A DNA stretch of 64,000 nucleotides from Candidatus Peregrinibacteria bacterium (GTDB lineage Bacteria > Patescibacteriota > Gracilibacteria > UBA1369 > LOWO2-01-FULL-3), in assembly GCA_026395515.1 (NCBI GenBank), contig JAPLYN010000006.1, positions 12,844 to 76,843 on the forward strand, given 5' to 3'. The first letter of the stretch is position 1, and each line of letters begins with the position of its first letter. The notes beneath the pieces are model-generated. The model was not told the origin of the DNA and searched no databases. It saw only the letters and a list, made by a program, of their open reading frames with translations. Shown one piece after another: positions 37,142 through 45,080 of this stretch. Position numbers and translations under genes: made by a program.

Positions 37142-39262
37142 ATGGCAGAATCAGAATTAGCAGTACAAGAAGAAAAAATTATAGACCCTCTTGCAGGTGA
37201 AGAACTTTCACAAGAAGACATTGATAAAGAAGTTCAATCAAGAATAGATGCCATTGAATTTGCCACAAAAGAAGAAATAATAGCCGCTTTAAGATCAAGT
37301 AATCCAACAGCAACTAGATATTTAGCCGCATTTTCAAAAAAAGATTTGCCTAGACTTACCAAAGCCGAAGTAGCCGATCTCGCCAAAGAATCTCCAAATA
37401 CAGCTGCGTCTGCACAAATTAAAAACTTAAACGTATCAGCTAGATTCATACGTCATCGTCTAAAAATAGAATCAGAAGTAACTGAAGGAAACAACAACGT
37501 AGTAAACCGTGTTCTATGCAATACCAGAATCAGGATTACAGGACAATCCGTTCCCCCATTCGTAGTTGAACTCCATCAAGCAGTAAGAGAAAAAATTCCG
37601 ACTCAAAATTCCAAAAAAGCAGAATTACTAGAACTAATTATCGATCAATATTTAGGAATTCCATTAGTAAATCTATCTGCCTATTTAGATCTTGAACCTG
37701 CCGACATATCAGCAGCAATTGAATCAATCAACGAAGAACTAAAATCTTCAAAAGTAAAAATTCATATTCGTAATGGAGTAGCAGTCATCGGAGATACAAA
37801 CGGATATATAACTCTATTCGACAACGCCGAAACTAGAAAAAATCTTTTCCCAAAGAAAAAAGAAGAAGCTCAGACAGAAACTGCAGATGCAAAAGCAACA
37901 AGACTAGAATCCGAATTAGGCGCAGCCTTAGCAGCATTAGCAGCAGAAAAGGAAAAGACTACCGCTGCCGAAACAACAATAGCAGAACTCACACGAAAAC
38001 TTTCAGAAGCAGAAGACATGGCCCTAGAAGCAGATGAAAAAGCTGGACAAGCCGAATCTAAAGCCACAAATCTCGAAGCAGAAAAACAAACTCTTACAGC
38101 ACAAGTATCAAAACTAGAATTAGATATTCAAGAATCTTTAAGAATATCCGCAGAAACAGCACAAGGAAGCGGATTAGAAGAGTTGAGAAAAGGAAAAGAA
38201 AAAGTGGAAGCAGAAGTAAAAAGACTAGAAGCAAAATTAGAAGCAAAAACGGCTGAACTTACTACCTCAAGAGAAGAATCCAGAACAGCACGTGAAGAAG
38301 CCCGTGTAGCAAAATCAGTTGAATCAACTCTAAGAAAACAATTAGAGGCAGCAAAAAAACAAGCCGCCGATGCTGAAGAAGCAAGAGGTGCAGCTATGAG
38401 AAAAGCAGGTAGAGGTGGAGTAGATGTTGATTCTGCAAAAGATAAAGCAACCATCCAAGATCTACAGGAAACAATAAGAAGAGGAGAAGAACAAAATAGA
38501 TCATTAAGAATCCAACTTCAAAGACAGAATGGATTAGCAACCATCCACCCTGAAGAATTAGCGAGACTAAAAAGAAACTCCACGGAATTAAATGGAGCAT
38601 CAGAAACAATCAGAAATCTACAAAGACAACTAGAAGCAAAAGAATCCCCTGCCCAACCTGAACAAAAAGACTCATCAGAACTAATTCAATTAAGAGCAAA
38701 ATTGGCAGAAAAAGATGCAGCTCTAATCAAAGCTCAACAAGATCTAGCTCAATCAACACAACAATTCACAGTTTTAACTAACGAACTTCGCGAAACTACC
38801 GAACTTCTAGAATCAGCAACTAGTTCAACCCCAGCCGCAAAAGGCCCTGAACCAAAAGTCACTGCAGTCGCTGCACCAGCTAAAACTCCGATTCCTACGC
38901 CAAAAAATCCTACAGTCGTCATACCAGCTCAAGCGCCAAAACCTAAACCTGCTCCAATTGAAGACCCCATCGAACAAATTAAAAAAAATGACTTCAGCAA
39001 TAGTGAAGCATTAATAAATACAGTCAATAAAGCCCTCACTCTAAACGCCGGAACCAATCAACACGGATTACCAAAGGCAAAATTAAGAGACATCCGCAAC
39101 GCCTTAACAAACCTACAATTTGGAAAAGATTCTTGGCTACACGATACCAGAGTAAAAATTGTAAAGGCGCTTAATGACATGAAAGAAAAAGGAAATGGCG
39201 ATCACATTCCAGTGGAAGCAGTTGAAGCATGCATAAGAACCATAGACGTATTACCTAAATAA
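37142..39262 (+). CDS. Coiled-coil protein, 706 aa (N-terminal globular part, long Ala/Glu/Lys-rich heptad region, Pro-rich linker, C-terminal domain)
   Basis: Long ATG ORF. The central ~300 aa are A/E/K/L/T-rich, as in coiled coils. No enzymatic motif recognised. Confidence 0.75.
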   Translation: MAESELAVQEEKIIDPLAGEELSQEDIDKEVQSRIDAIEFATKEEIIAALRSSNPTATRYLAAFSKKDLPRLTKAEVADLAKESPNTAASAQIKNLNVSARFIRHRLKIESEVTEGNNNVVNRVLCNTRIRITGQSVPPFVVELHQAVREKIPTQNSKKAELLELIIDQYLGIPLVNLSAYLDLEPADISAAIESINEELKSSKVKIHIRNGVAVIGDTNGYITLFDNAETRKNLFPKKKEEAQTETADAKATRLESELGAALAALAAEKEKTTAAETTIAELTRKLSEAEDMALEADEKAGQAESKATNLEAEKQTLTAQVSKLELDIQESLRISAETAQGSGLEELRKGKEKVEAEVKRLEAKLEAKTAELTTSREESRTAREEARVAKSVESTLRKQLEAAKKQAADAEEARGAAMRKAGRGGVDVDSAKDKATIQDLQETIRRGEEQNRSLRIQLQRQNGLATIHPEELARLKRNSTELNGASETIRNLQRQLEAKESPAQPEQKDSSELIQLRAKLAEKDAALIKAQQDLAQSTQQFTVLTNELRETTELLESATSSTPAAKGPEPKVTAVAAPAKTPIPTPKNPTVVIPAQAPKPKPAPIEDPIEQIKKNDFSNSEALINTVNKALTLNAGTNQHGLPKAKLRDIRNALTNLQFGKDSWLHDTRVKIVKALNDMKEKGNGDHIPVEAVEACIRTIDVLPK

Positions 39263-39756
39263 AAACTCCCCCACATACCAAAAACCCACCGACGAATCGA
39301 TGGGAAAGTTTTAATCAGTAAGAAATTTTTGTTTTTACTGGGAGCTTTTATTTTTGTTTTTACATCCAGCCAAGGTTTAGTGTTGTTTTCAGCCGCACCA
39401 CCGGCCGTCTGGGCTCTTCTAGACGAAATGTCAATGAAGACGAATTGCTAGAAGCAGAACGGTGCTCAGAACTGTCTGAGCTGCTTCGGCTGTCTACCTA
39501 GGGCAGAGAACCATCCCTTAGCGGGGACAGAAGAGCGAACGATATTTTTCATTCACTCCATCTCTCGTCGCTAAGACAAGATTTTTTTGTTTTTGTTTTG
39601 AACTTTCTTGAGTGTTAATGAGCAACTTTGCTTTTCTAGGGCATTGATTTCTTCTTGTTGAAATCACATCACTATAGCAGGACTGAGTTTATTGTCAAAA
39701 TTCTGTTCTAGACACATGCCTAATAATATTGCGAAACAATTTTTCCTAAAGATATT
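39263..39756. repeat. Direct repeat copy 2 (~494 bp, non-coding)
   Basis: Colinear with 36541-37025. It begins at the first base after the stop of the coiled-coil gene. Confidence 0.9.
39277..39665 (-). ncRNA. Candidate ~390-nt structured ncRNA, copy 2
   Basis: Minus-strand TTGACA (39698-39693), a 16-nt spacer, TATAGT (39676-39671). The 5' hairpin GATTTC/GAAATC (39665-39646) has an 8-nt loop. The terminator hairpin spans 39304-39285, followed by a U-run. Confidence 0.45.
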
Positions 39757-39810
39757 CACCCTTGTAATAAATCGCCAAAATTGCTAACTATTAAATATAA
39801 ATATATTCGC

Positions 39811-42132
39811 ATGTTCGTCTCTCTCGACTTAGAAACCACAGGTTTTGACCCAAATATTGATAAGATTATTGAGTTTGGTGCAGTAAAATTTGATTTAACA
39901 GGAGAAAAAGAAACTCTGAAATTTTTCGTAAACCCAGGAGTTACCCTACCAAAAATCATCACTCATATTACAAACATCAAGGATTCTGACCTAAAAGACG
40001 CTCCCCCATTCGAAGACAAAAGAGCTGAAGTACAAGCCTTTATTGGCAACCTGCCAATCATTGGTCACAACATAAAATTCGATCTCGCATTTTTGGAAGC
40101 GAACAAAATTGAAATTAAAAACCCAAGCTACGATACTCAAGAACTTAGCGGAATTCTTTTACCAAACATGCCTTCTTACAGTTTGGAAATTCTCAGCGAA
40201 AAGTTAAATCTTACGCATTGCGAAAAGCATCGTGCTCTCGATGATTCCATCGCAGCTATGGAACTTTTTCTAAAATTAATTAAAGAATTTGAAAACCTTG
40301 AACCAGAACTTTTAGAGCAAATGAAAGCTCTCACTCAAAAGTCTAATTGGCCGCTAAAGAATCTTATTTCCAGCATTTCCAGCAAACCAAATCCCGAAGC
40401 TAAAGTTACAAAAAAAGAACCGAAAGAATTCACACCATCAGCAAATTCTCTCAAAATACTCGAGCACACTGAGTCTGCACTTTTCGAATTAATTCCACCA
40501 TACGACAATTTAATTAAAACTCTTTGCGAGAAAGCAGATGGCGATACTTGCATCGTAGTTCCCTATCAAACTTTCAGAAAAATAAATAGCGAAATATCTC
40601 ATGAAGTAAGCAAAGTAGACGTTGCAAAAAGCTATGTATCTTTGAAAAGACTAAAGAGATTTAGCGAAAAAGAATTCTTCGAAAATTACGAAATCAGCGC
40701 ACTTTTAAAATATTTAAACTGGAGCAAACAAACAAAAACCGGACTACTCAGCGAAGTCGCACTCTTCCACGATGAAAGAGCTACCATTCTTAAAGTAAAT
40801 ATCGACGAAAACATTACCAACCCTGAAGAAGAAATGTTCTTCAAAAAAGCGCTTGAAAAAGGCCAAAACAAAGCATCTCTCTACACCAATCAAGCACTTA
40901 TAGAAAACCCGCCGGAAAATAAAAGATTAATTCTCATCGACTTTGATAATTTTTTAAATTCACTACATTTTCACGCTTCAACTTATATAAAGCTTGAACC
41001 AGCAATTGATATTCTAAAAACTTTGGAAGAATATTTCCCAAGCGACCTCACTGTCACCACCTTGATCACCAAGACTACTATCCTCTTTGGTCTCCTTGGC
41101 ATTATTTTTGAAAGACACAACGATCAGAGTATTTACGGAGCAAAAAGCACAATTAATACAGATATTTTCCAAACAAAAGAATGGATAGATGCAGTGAATA
41201 GCTTAAACAACGTCATCGAAATTTCCCAAGAATTAGTAAATGTAAAAAATGAAGAAACAGCCGGCTCCCTCAAACAATGGAAAACATTTTTAAAGAATTT
41301 ATACAGCATTCTTTCTAAGCCAGATTTAGCAAACAACATGGTTTGGTTAGAAAAAGATCCACAATCAAATATAGTAATACGTAAAGCTCCTTTTTCTCTT
41401 AAAGAAGACCTGAAAAACATATTTGGCAAAGCAAAAAATTACCAAATTATTGATGAATGCGTGACTATTAATGACGACGGAAATTTCATCAAATCTCTAG
41501 GAAATTTAGATTCAAAATTACCAATCTACGATCTCAATCCGAAAGACGAAAAGATCGAAATTTATATTACAAAAGATACTGACGGTAGCGATCTAAACAA
41601 GATTCCGCGATTCATTGAAAAATACTACAAAGAAAAATCTCAAAACATTGTGATGCTTTTCAGCGCAAAAAAAGATCTAGAAGTCACCACCCTACAATTA
41701 AGCAAAGAAAATGTTCCAGTTCTTCCCCAATTAGCTGGATCCTTAGGCAAAATCCAAGAACGATACATTAGTGAAAAGAAATCACTTATGCCGCCAGTTC
41801 TTCTAGTTACTTCTCACATTTGGGAAAATTTCGAACCAAATCAAGACATCGACACCCTCATCATTTACAAAATTCCTTTCGATCCACCAAGTGATCCAAA
41901 AATTATTTCTCTTAGTCGAAATTACGCCAATGCCTTTATGGAATTACAAGTTCCCCTAGCCGTAAAATCTACAAAGAAAATTATCAATCGCCTAAAGAGC
42001 AGTCACGCAAATCTCAAAAAAGTAATCATTTTTGACATTCGTTTAACAAACAAAAAATACGCTGACGTATTCTTGGAAAATTTAAACTTAATGGCACCAA
42101 CAAGCGTCGTAAAACTCCACACTCTCCTATAA
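39811..42132 (+). CDS. DnaQ-like 3'-5' exonuclease fused to a DinG-family helicase-like region with degenerate ATPase motifs
   Basis: The ATG at 39811 gives MFVSLDLETTGFDP.. (ExoI), HNIKFDLAFL (ExoII) and HRALDDSIA (ExoIII). The C-terminal ..LIIYKIPFDPPSDP.. is DinG-like. I found no GxGK[ST] Walker A, and DFDN occupies the DEAH position. Confidence 0.7.
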   Translation: MFVSLDLETTGFDPNIDKIIEFGAVKFDLTGEKETLKFFVNPGVTLPKIITHITNIKDSDLKDAPPFEDKRAEVQAFIGNLPIIGHNIKFDLAFLEANKIEIKNPSYDTQELSGILLPNMPSYSLEILSEKLNLTHCEKHRALDDSIAAMELFLKLIKEFENLEPELLEQMKALTQKSNWPLKNLISSISSKPNPEAKVTKKEPKEFTPSANSLKILEHTESALFELIPPYDNLIKTLCEKADGDTCIVVPYQTFRKINSEISHEVSKVDVAKSYVSLKRLKRFSEKEFFENYEISALLKYLNWSKQTKTGLLSEVALFHDERATILKVNIDENITNPEEEMFFKKALEKGQNKASLYTNQALIENPPENKRLILIDFDNFLNSLHFHASTYIKLEPAIDILKTLEEYFPSDLTVTTLITKTTILFGLLGIIFERHNDQSIYGAKSTINTDIFQTKEWIDAVNSLNNVIEISQELVNVKNEETAGSLKQWKTFLKNLYSILSKPDLANNMVWLEKDPQSNIVIRKAPFSLKEDLKNIFGKAKNYQIIDECVTINDDGNFIKSLGNLDSKLPIYDLNPKDEKIEIYITKDTDGSDLNKIPRFIEKYYKEKSQNIVMLFSAKKDLEVTTLQLSKENVPVLPQLAGSLGKIQERYISEKKSLMPPVLLVTSHIWENFEPNQDIDTLIIYKIPFDPPSDPKIISLSRNYANAFMELQVPLAVKSTKKIINRLKSSHANLKKVIIFDIRLTNKKYADVFLENLNLMAPTSVVKLHTLL

Positions 42133-42160
42133 AAAGAGCCCGACTTTTGGCCGAGCTCTT
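42129..42160 (-). terminator. Intrinsic terminator for the minus-strand lipoprotein gene
   Basis: AAGAGC (42134-42139) / GCTCTT (42155-42160) stem with inner CG/CG pairs. The minus strand reads hairpin then CTTTTTAT. Confidence 0.55.
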
Positions 42161-42183
42161 AAGAATTCAAATCAGTCTCAAAA

Positions 42184-42774
42184 CTATTTCAATACTTTAA
42201 ATGTTCCTGTGAAGTTTTTGATTTCTTCATCAGTAGGATAAGCTCCCATAGTTAACATCTCAATTTGGTACAATCTATTTCCAATAAAATATGTCTGAGC
42301 AATCAAATGTGTTCCATCATCACCCTTAGCCTTGTATCTTAAACCAGCGCTATTTGCATCATAATCCATATCTTTTTCTTCTTCAGGAGCCTTAATTCCA
42401 AAAGATCCAAGAGCACCACCTTGTTCATCTTTCAAAACTTTTCTAGCTTCTTCTTTTGTAAACTCACCAGCAGTGATATCTGTATATGCTACTAAAAATG
42501 CATGATTATCATCTGAAGCATAGCTATAAGAAGTCATAGTTGCCTTAAAGCCACCACCATCTCCATCAATTTTATCTGAACTAACTTCAGGTTTTCCAGG
42601 GAAATTAATGCTAAAATTACCTTCTTTAGAAACAAACGCTTCAACTGTAGCAGTCTTAGCATCAGTTTTAGTTGCAGGCGCTGCAGGGTTTGCGGCTGGA
42701 GTAGAAGATCCACAAGCTGTTAAAACTAACAACGCGAGCGGCACCAACGCCCAGAATTTTTTCGACATTTTCAT
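42184..42774 (-). CDS. Lipoprotein, unknown function
   Basis: The ATG at 42774 gives MKMSKKFWALVPLALLVLTACGSS (signal peptide and lipobox LTAC). Confidence 0.75.
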   Translation of the reverse strand: MKMSKKFWALVPLALLVLTACGSSTPAANPAAPATKTDAKTATVEAFVSKEGNFSINFPGKPEVSSDKIDGDGGGFKATMTSYSYASDDNHAFLVAYTDITAGEFTKEEARKVLKDEQGGALGSFGIKAPEEEKDMDYDANSAGLRYKAKGDDGTHLIAQTYFIGNRLYQIEMLTMGAYPTDEEIKNFTGTFKVLK

Positions 42775-42841
42775 GAAATAGGGATTAGGAAATATCAGGA
42801 ACATTTTAAGCCTTTGACGAAAATAATCAAATCTGAAAAAT

Positions 42842-43579
42842 TTAGCCTACTAAATTCTTAATAAAATACCCCACTAAATAAGCAATAGTTGCCGCCATTC
42901 CTCCTATCAAGGCAGTTTCAATTCCACACACAAACCAATTTCTCATCGAGAATTTTGATTTAATCGTGCCAACAAAAAATAATCCAAGCAAAGTTGTGAC
43001 AGCTGTAATATAAAACATTTCTTTATCAGAAAAACTCACAAAAGCTTTAAACGTATAACCAATCAAAGGAATAAAACCAACAGTTATAAAAGAAAAGAAA
43101 GTTATTAAAGCTCCCCTCATAGGATTCACATTTTCATTTGTCATATTAAACTCATTTCTCATCATCAAATCTACCCAACCCTCTGGATTAGAAGTAATTA
43201 CTTCCACCGCTCTTTCCAAATCTTTTCCCTTAAATCCATAGGTTTTCATAATATCCCTCACCTCTCCTATTTCGTGATCGGTTTTTTCCGTCAAATGTCT
43301 AAATTCAATTTGGCGAATTTTTTCGTACTGCTCTAGGTTCGCCTTGTCACTCAAATATTTACCGATAGACATAGAAAAACCATCTCCAAATAGATTAGCA
43401 AAACCTAAAATCAAAATAATTGGCACAGCAAGCGAAGCTCCTTCTACACCTGCCACCACAGCAAAAGTAGTTACCGCTCCATCAATTCCGCCGTACACGA
43501 AATCAGCAATCCAATTGTAATCATTGGAAGTGGAATGCTCCTCTGTGTCTAAAGAATCATCATGCTTACTCATGAACAC
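42842..43579 (-). CDS. VIT1/CCC1-family iron/manganese transporter
   Basis: ..DFVYGGIDGAVTTFAVVAGVEGA.., a central cytosolic helical segment and C-terminal TM helices. Confidence 0.8.
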   Translation of the reverse strand: MFMSKHDDSLDTEEHSTSNDYNWIADFVYGGIDGAVTTFAVVAGVEGASLAVPIILILGFANLFGDGFSMSIGKYLSDKANLEQYEKIRQIEFRHLTEKTDHEIGEVRDIMKTYGFKGKDLERAVEVITSNPEGWVDLMMRNEFNMTNENVNPMRGALITFFSFITVGFIPLIGYTFKAFVSFSDKEMFYITAVTTLLGLFFVGTIKSKFSMRNWFVCGIETALIGGMAATIAYLVGYFIKNLVG

Positions 43580-43608
43580 AATTATCTAGTATTTAAAAAA
43601 TAAAGCAA

Positions 43609-43637
43609 TTGACACAAAAAAAATTTAAGAATACATT
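43609..43637 (+). promoter_or_regulatory. Sigma70-like promoter of the argGH leader
   Basis: TTGACA (43609-43614), a 17-nt spacer, then TACATT (43632-43637). Confidence 0.55.
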
Positions 43638-43657
43638 CACATCGTAATAAAAATTAC

Positions 43658-43723
43658 ATGATCAAATTAACATCTACAACAAGTGTAGTTCGCCGCAGCC
43701 GCTTACGTCAGAAGCTGCGTTGA
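43658..43723 (+). CDS. Candidate Arg-rich leader peptide (21 aa)
   Basis: Hand translation gives MIKLTSTTSVVRRSRLRQKLR*, with 5 Arg (CGC x3, CGT x2) in the last 10 codons. It lies between the promoter and a terminator, upstream of argG. Confidence 0.55.
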   Translation: MIKLTSTTSVVRRSRLRQKLR

Positions 43724-43751
43724 TTTGATGAAAAATAATCATTCAAACTAC

Positions 43752-43780
43752 AAGGCTTCACAAAAATGAAGTCTTTTTTA
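43752..43780 (+). terminator. Intrinsic terminator (attenuator) upstream of argG
   Basis: AAGGCTTCA-CAAAAA-TGAAGTCTT (9-bp stem with one G-T pair), with the T-run continuing to 43779. It sits 32 nt before the argG ATG. Confidence 0.65.
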
Positions 43781-43811
43781 TTTAAACAATATAAACTAAC
43801 AATTTCTCACA

Positions 43812-45074
43812 ATGCAAAACACTACAAAATATCAAGCCGTCGCTTCTCACGAAGCAAAAAAAGGAGAGTTTAAAAAAGCCGTACTTCTCTATTCAGGAGG
43901 ACTAGATACATCTGTAATGCTCAAATGGATTCAAGATGAATATCAGGCGGAAATTATCGCCCTCACAATAGACATTGGACAAAACGAAGACTTCGGTCCA
44001 ATCAAAGAAAAAGCTCTAAAACTAGGAGCAGTAGCAGCACATGTAATTGATGCCAAAGAAGAATTTGCTAATAATTATTTATCAAAAGCTATCAAGGCAA
44101 ACGCTGATTACCAAGGTGGTTATCACCTATTTTGCCCACTTGGGAGAGCAATCATCTCAAAAGTAGGAGTTGATATTGCTCACCAAGAAAACGCTCAAGT
44201 AGTAGCCCACGGATGCACTGGAAAAGGCAATGACCAAGTAAGGTTCGAAGGATATATCACTACACTCGATCCTCAATTAAAAACTATCGCACCTGTTAGG
44301 GAATGGGGCATGGGAAGAGAAGAAGAATTAGAATACGCTGCGAAACACGGCATTCCAGTCACTCAAACTGCTGCAAAAATCTATTCCTACGATGAAAATC
44401 TTTGGGGTGACAGTGCCGAAGGTGGAGAGATTGAAAGCATGAGCAAAATTCCGCCATTAGATAATATTTTGATCAACTGCAAAACTCCGAAAAATGCTCC
44501 AGACCAATCAGAAATTCTAGAAATAGAATTTGAAGAAGGTCTACCAACCGCTGTAAATGGAGAAAAAATGGTTCTTTGGAAGCTAATTAAAATGCTCGCT
44601 CAAATCGGAGCAAAACACGCCGTTGGTATTACTCACTTGGTTGAGGACAGAGTTGTTGGTCTAAAAGTTAGAGGAATTTTCGAAGAACCTGCTGCTGAAA
44701 TTCTCATCCAAGCTCACAAAAATCTTGAAAAACTTGTTTGCACTAGAGATGAAAATGAATTCAAAACAGCCATCGATCAGAAGTGGGCATATCTTTGCTA
44801 CGGCGCAAAATGGTTCCACCCATTGATGAATCACTTGAATGCTTACATCGATAGCGTGAATAAAAAAGTATGTGGAACTGTGACCGTAGAGCTTTACAAA
44901 GGCAAGGTTTCCGTGGTAGCAGTAAAGTCGAAATATTCGCTATTCAATGAGAATCTAGCGACTTTCATGAAGAACAGTTCTTTCAATCAGAATTCATCAG
45001 CTGGATTCATTGAGCTTTGGAACTTACCACAAAAAACTGCATACAATCTTACTAAAGATATTTACAATAAATAG
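43812..45074 (+). CDS. argG: Argininosuccinate synthase
   Basis: ..AVLLYSGGLDTSV.. ATP-PPase motif, 420 aa. Confidence 0.94.
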   Translation: MQNTTKYQAVASHEAKKGEFKKAVLLYSGGLDTSVMLKWIQDEYQAEIIALTIDIGQNEDFGPIKEKALKLGAVAAHVIDAKEEFANNYLSKAIKANADYQGGYHLFCPLGRAIISKVGVDIAHQENAQVVAHGCTGKGNDQVRFEGYITTLDPQLKTIAPVREWGMGREEELEYAAKHGIPVTQTAAKIYSYDENLWGDSAEGGEIESMSKIPPLDNILINCKTPKNAPDQSEILEIEFEEGLPTAVNGEKMVLWKLIKMLAQIGAKHAVGITHLVEDRVVGLKVRGIFEEPAAEILIQAHKNLEKLVCTRDENEFKTAIDQKWAYLCYGAKWFHPLMNHLNAYIDSVNKKVCGTVTVELYKGKVSVVAVKSKYSLFNENLATFMKNSSFNQNSSAGFIELWNLPQKTAYNLTKDIYNK

Positions 45075-45080
45075 TAGCAA

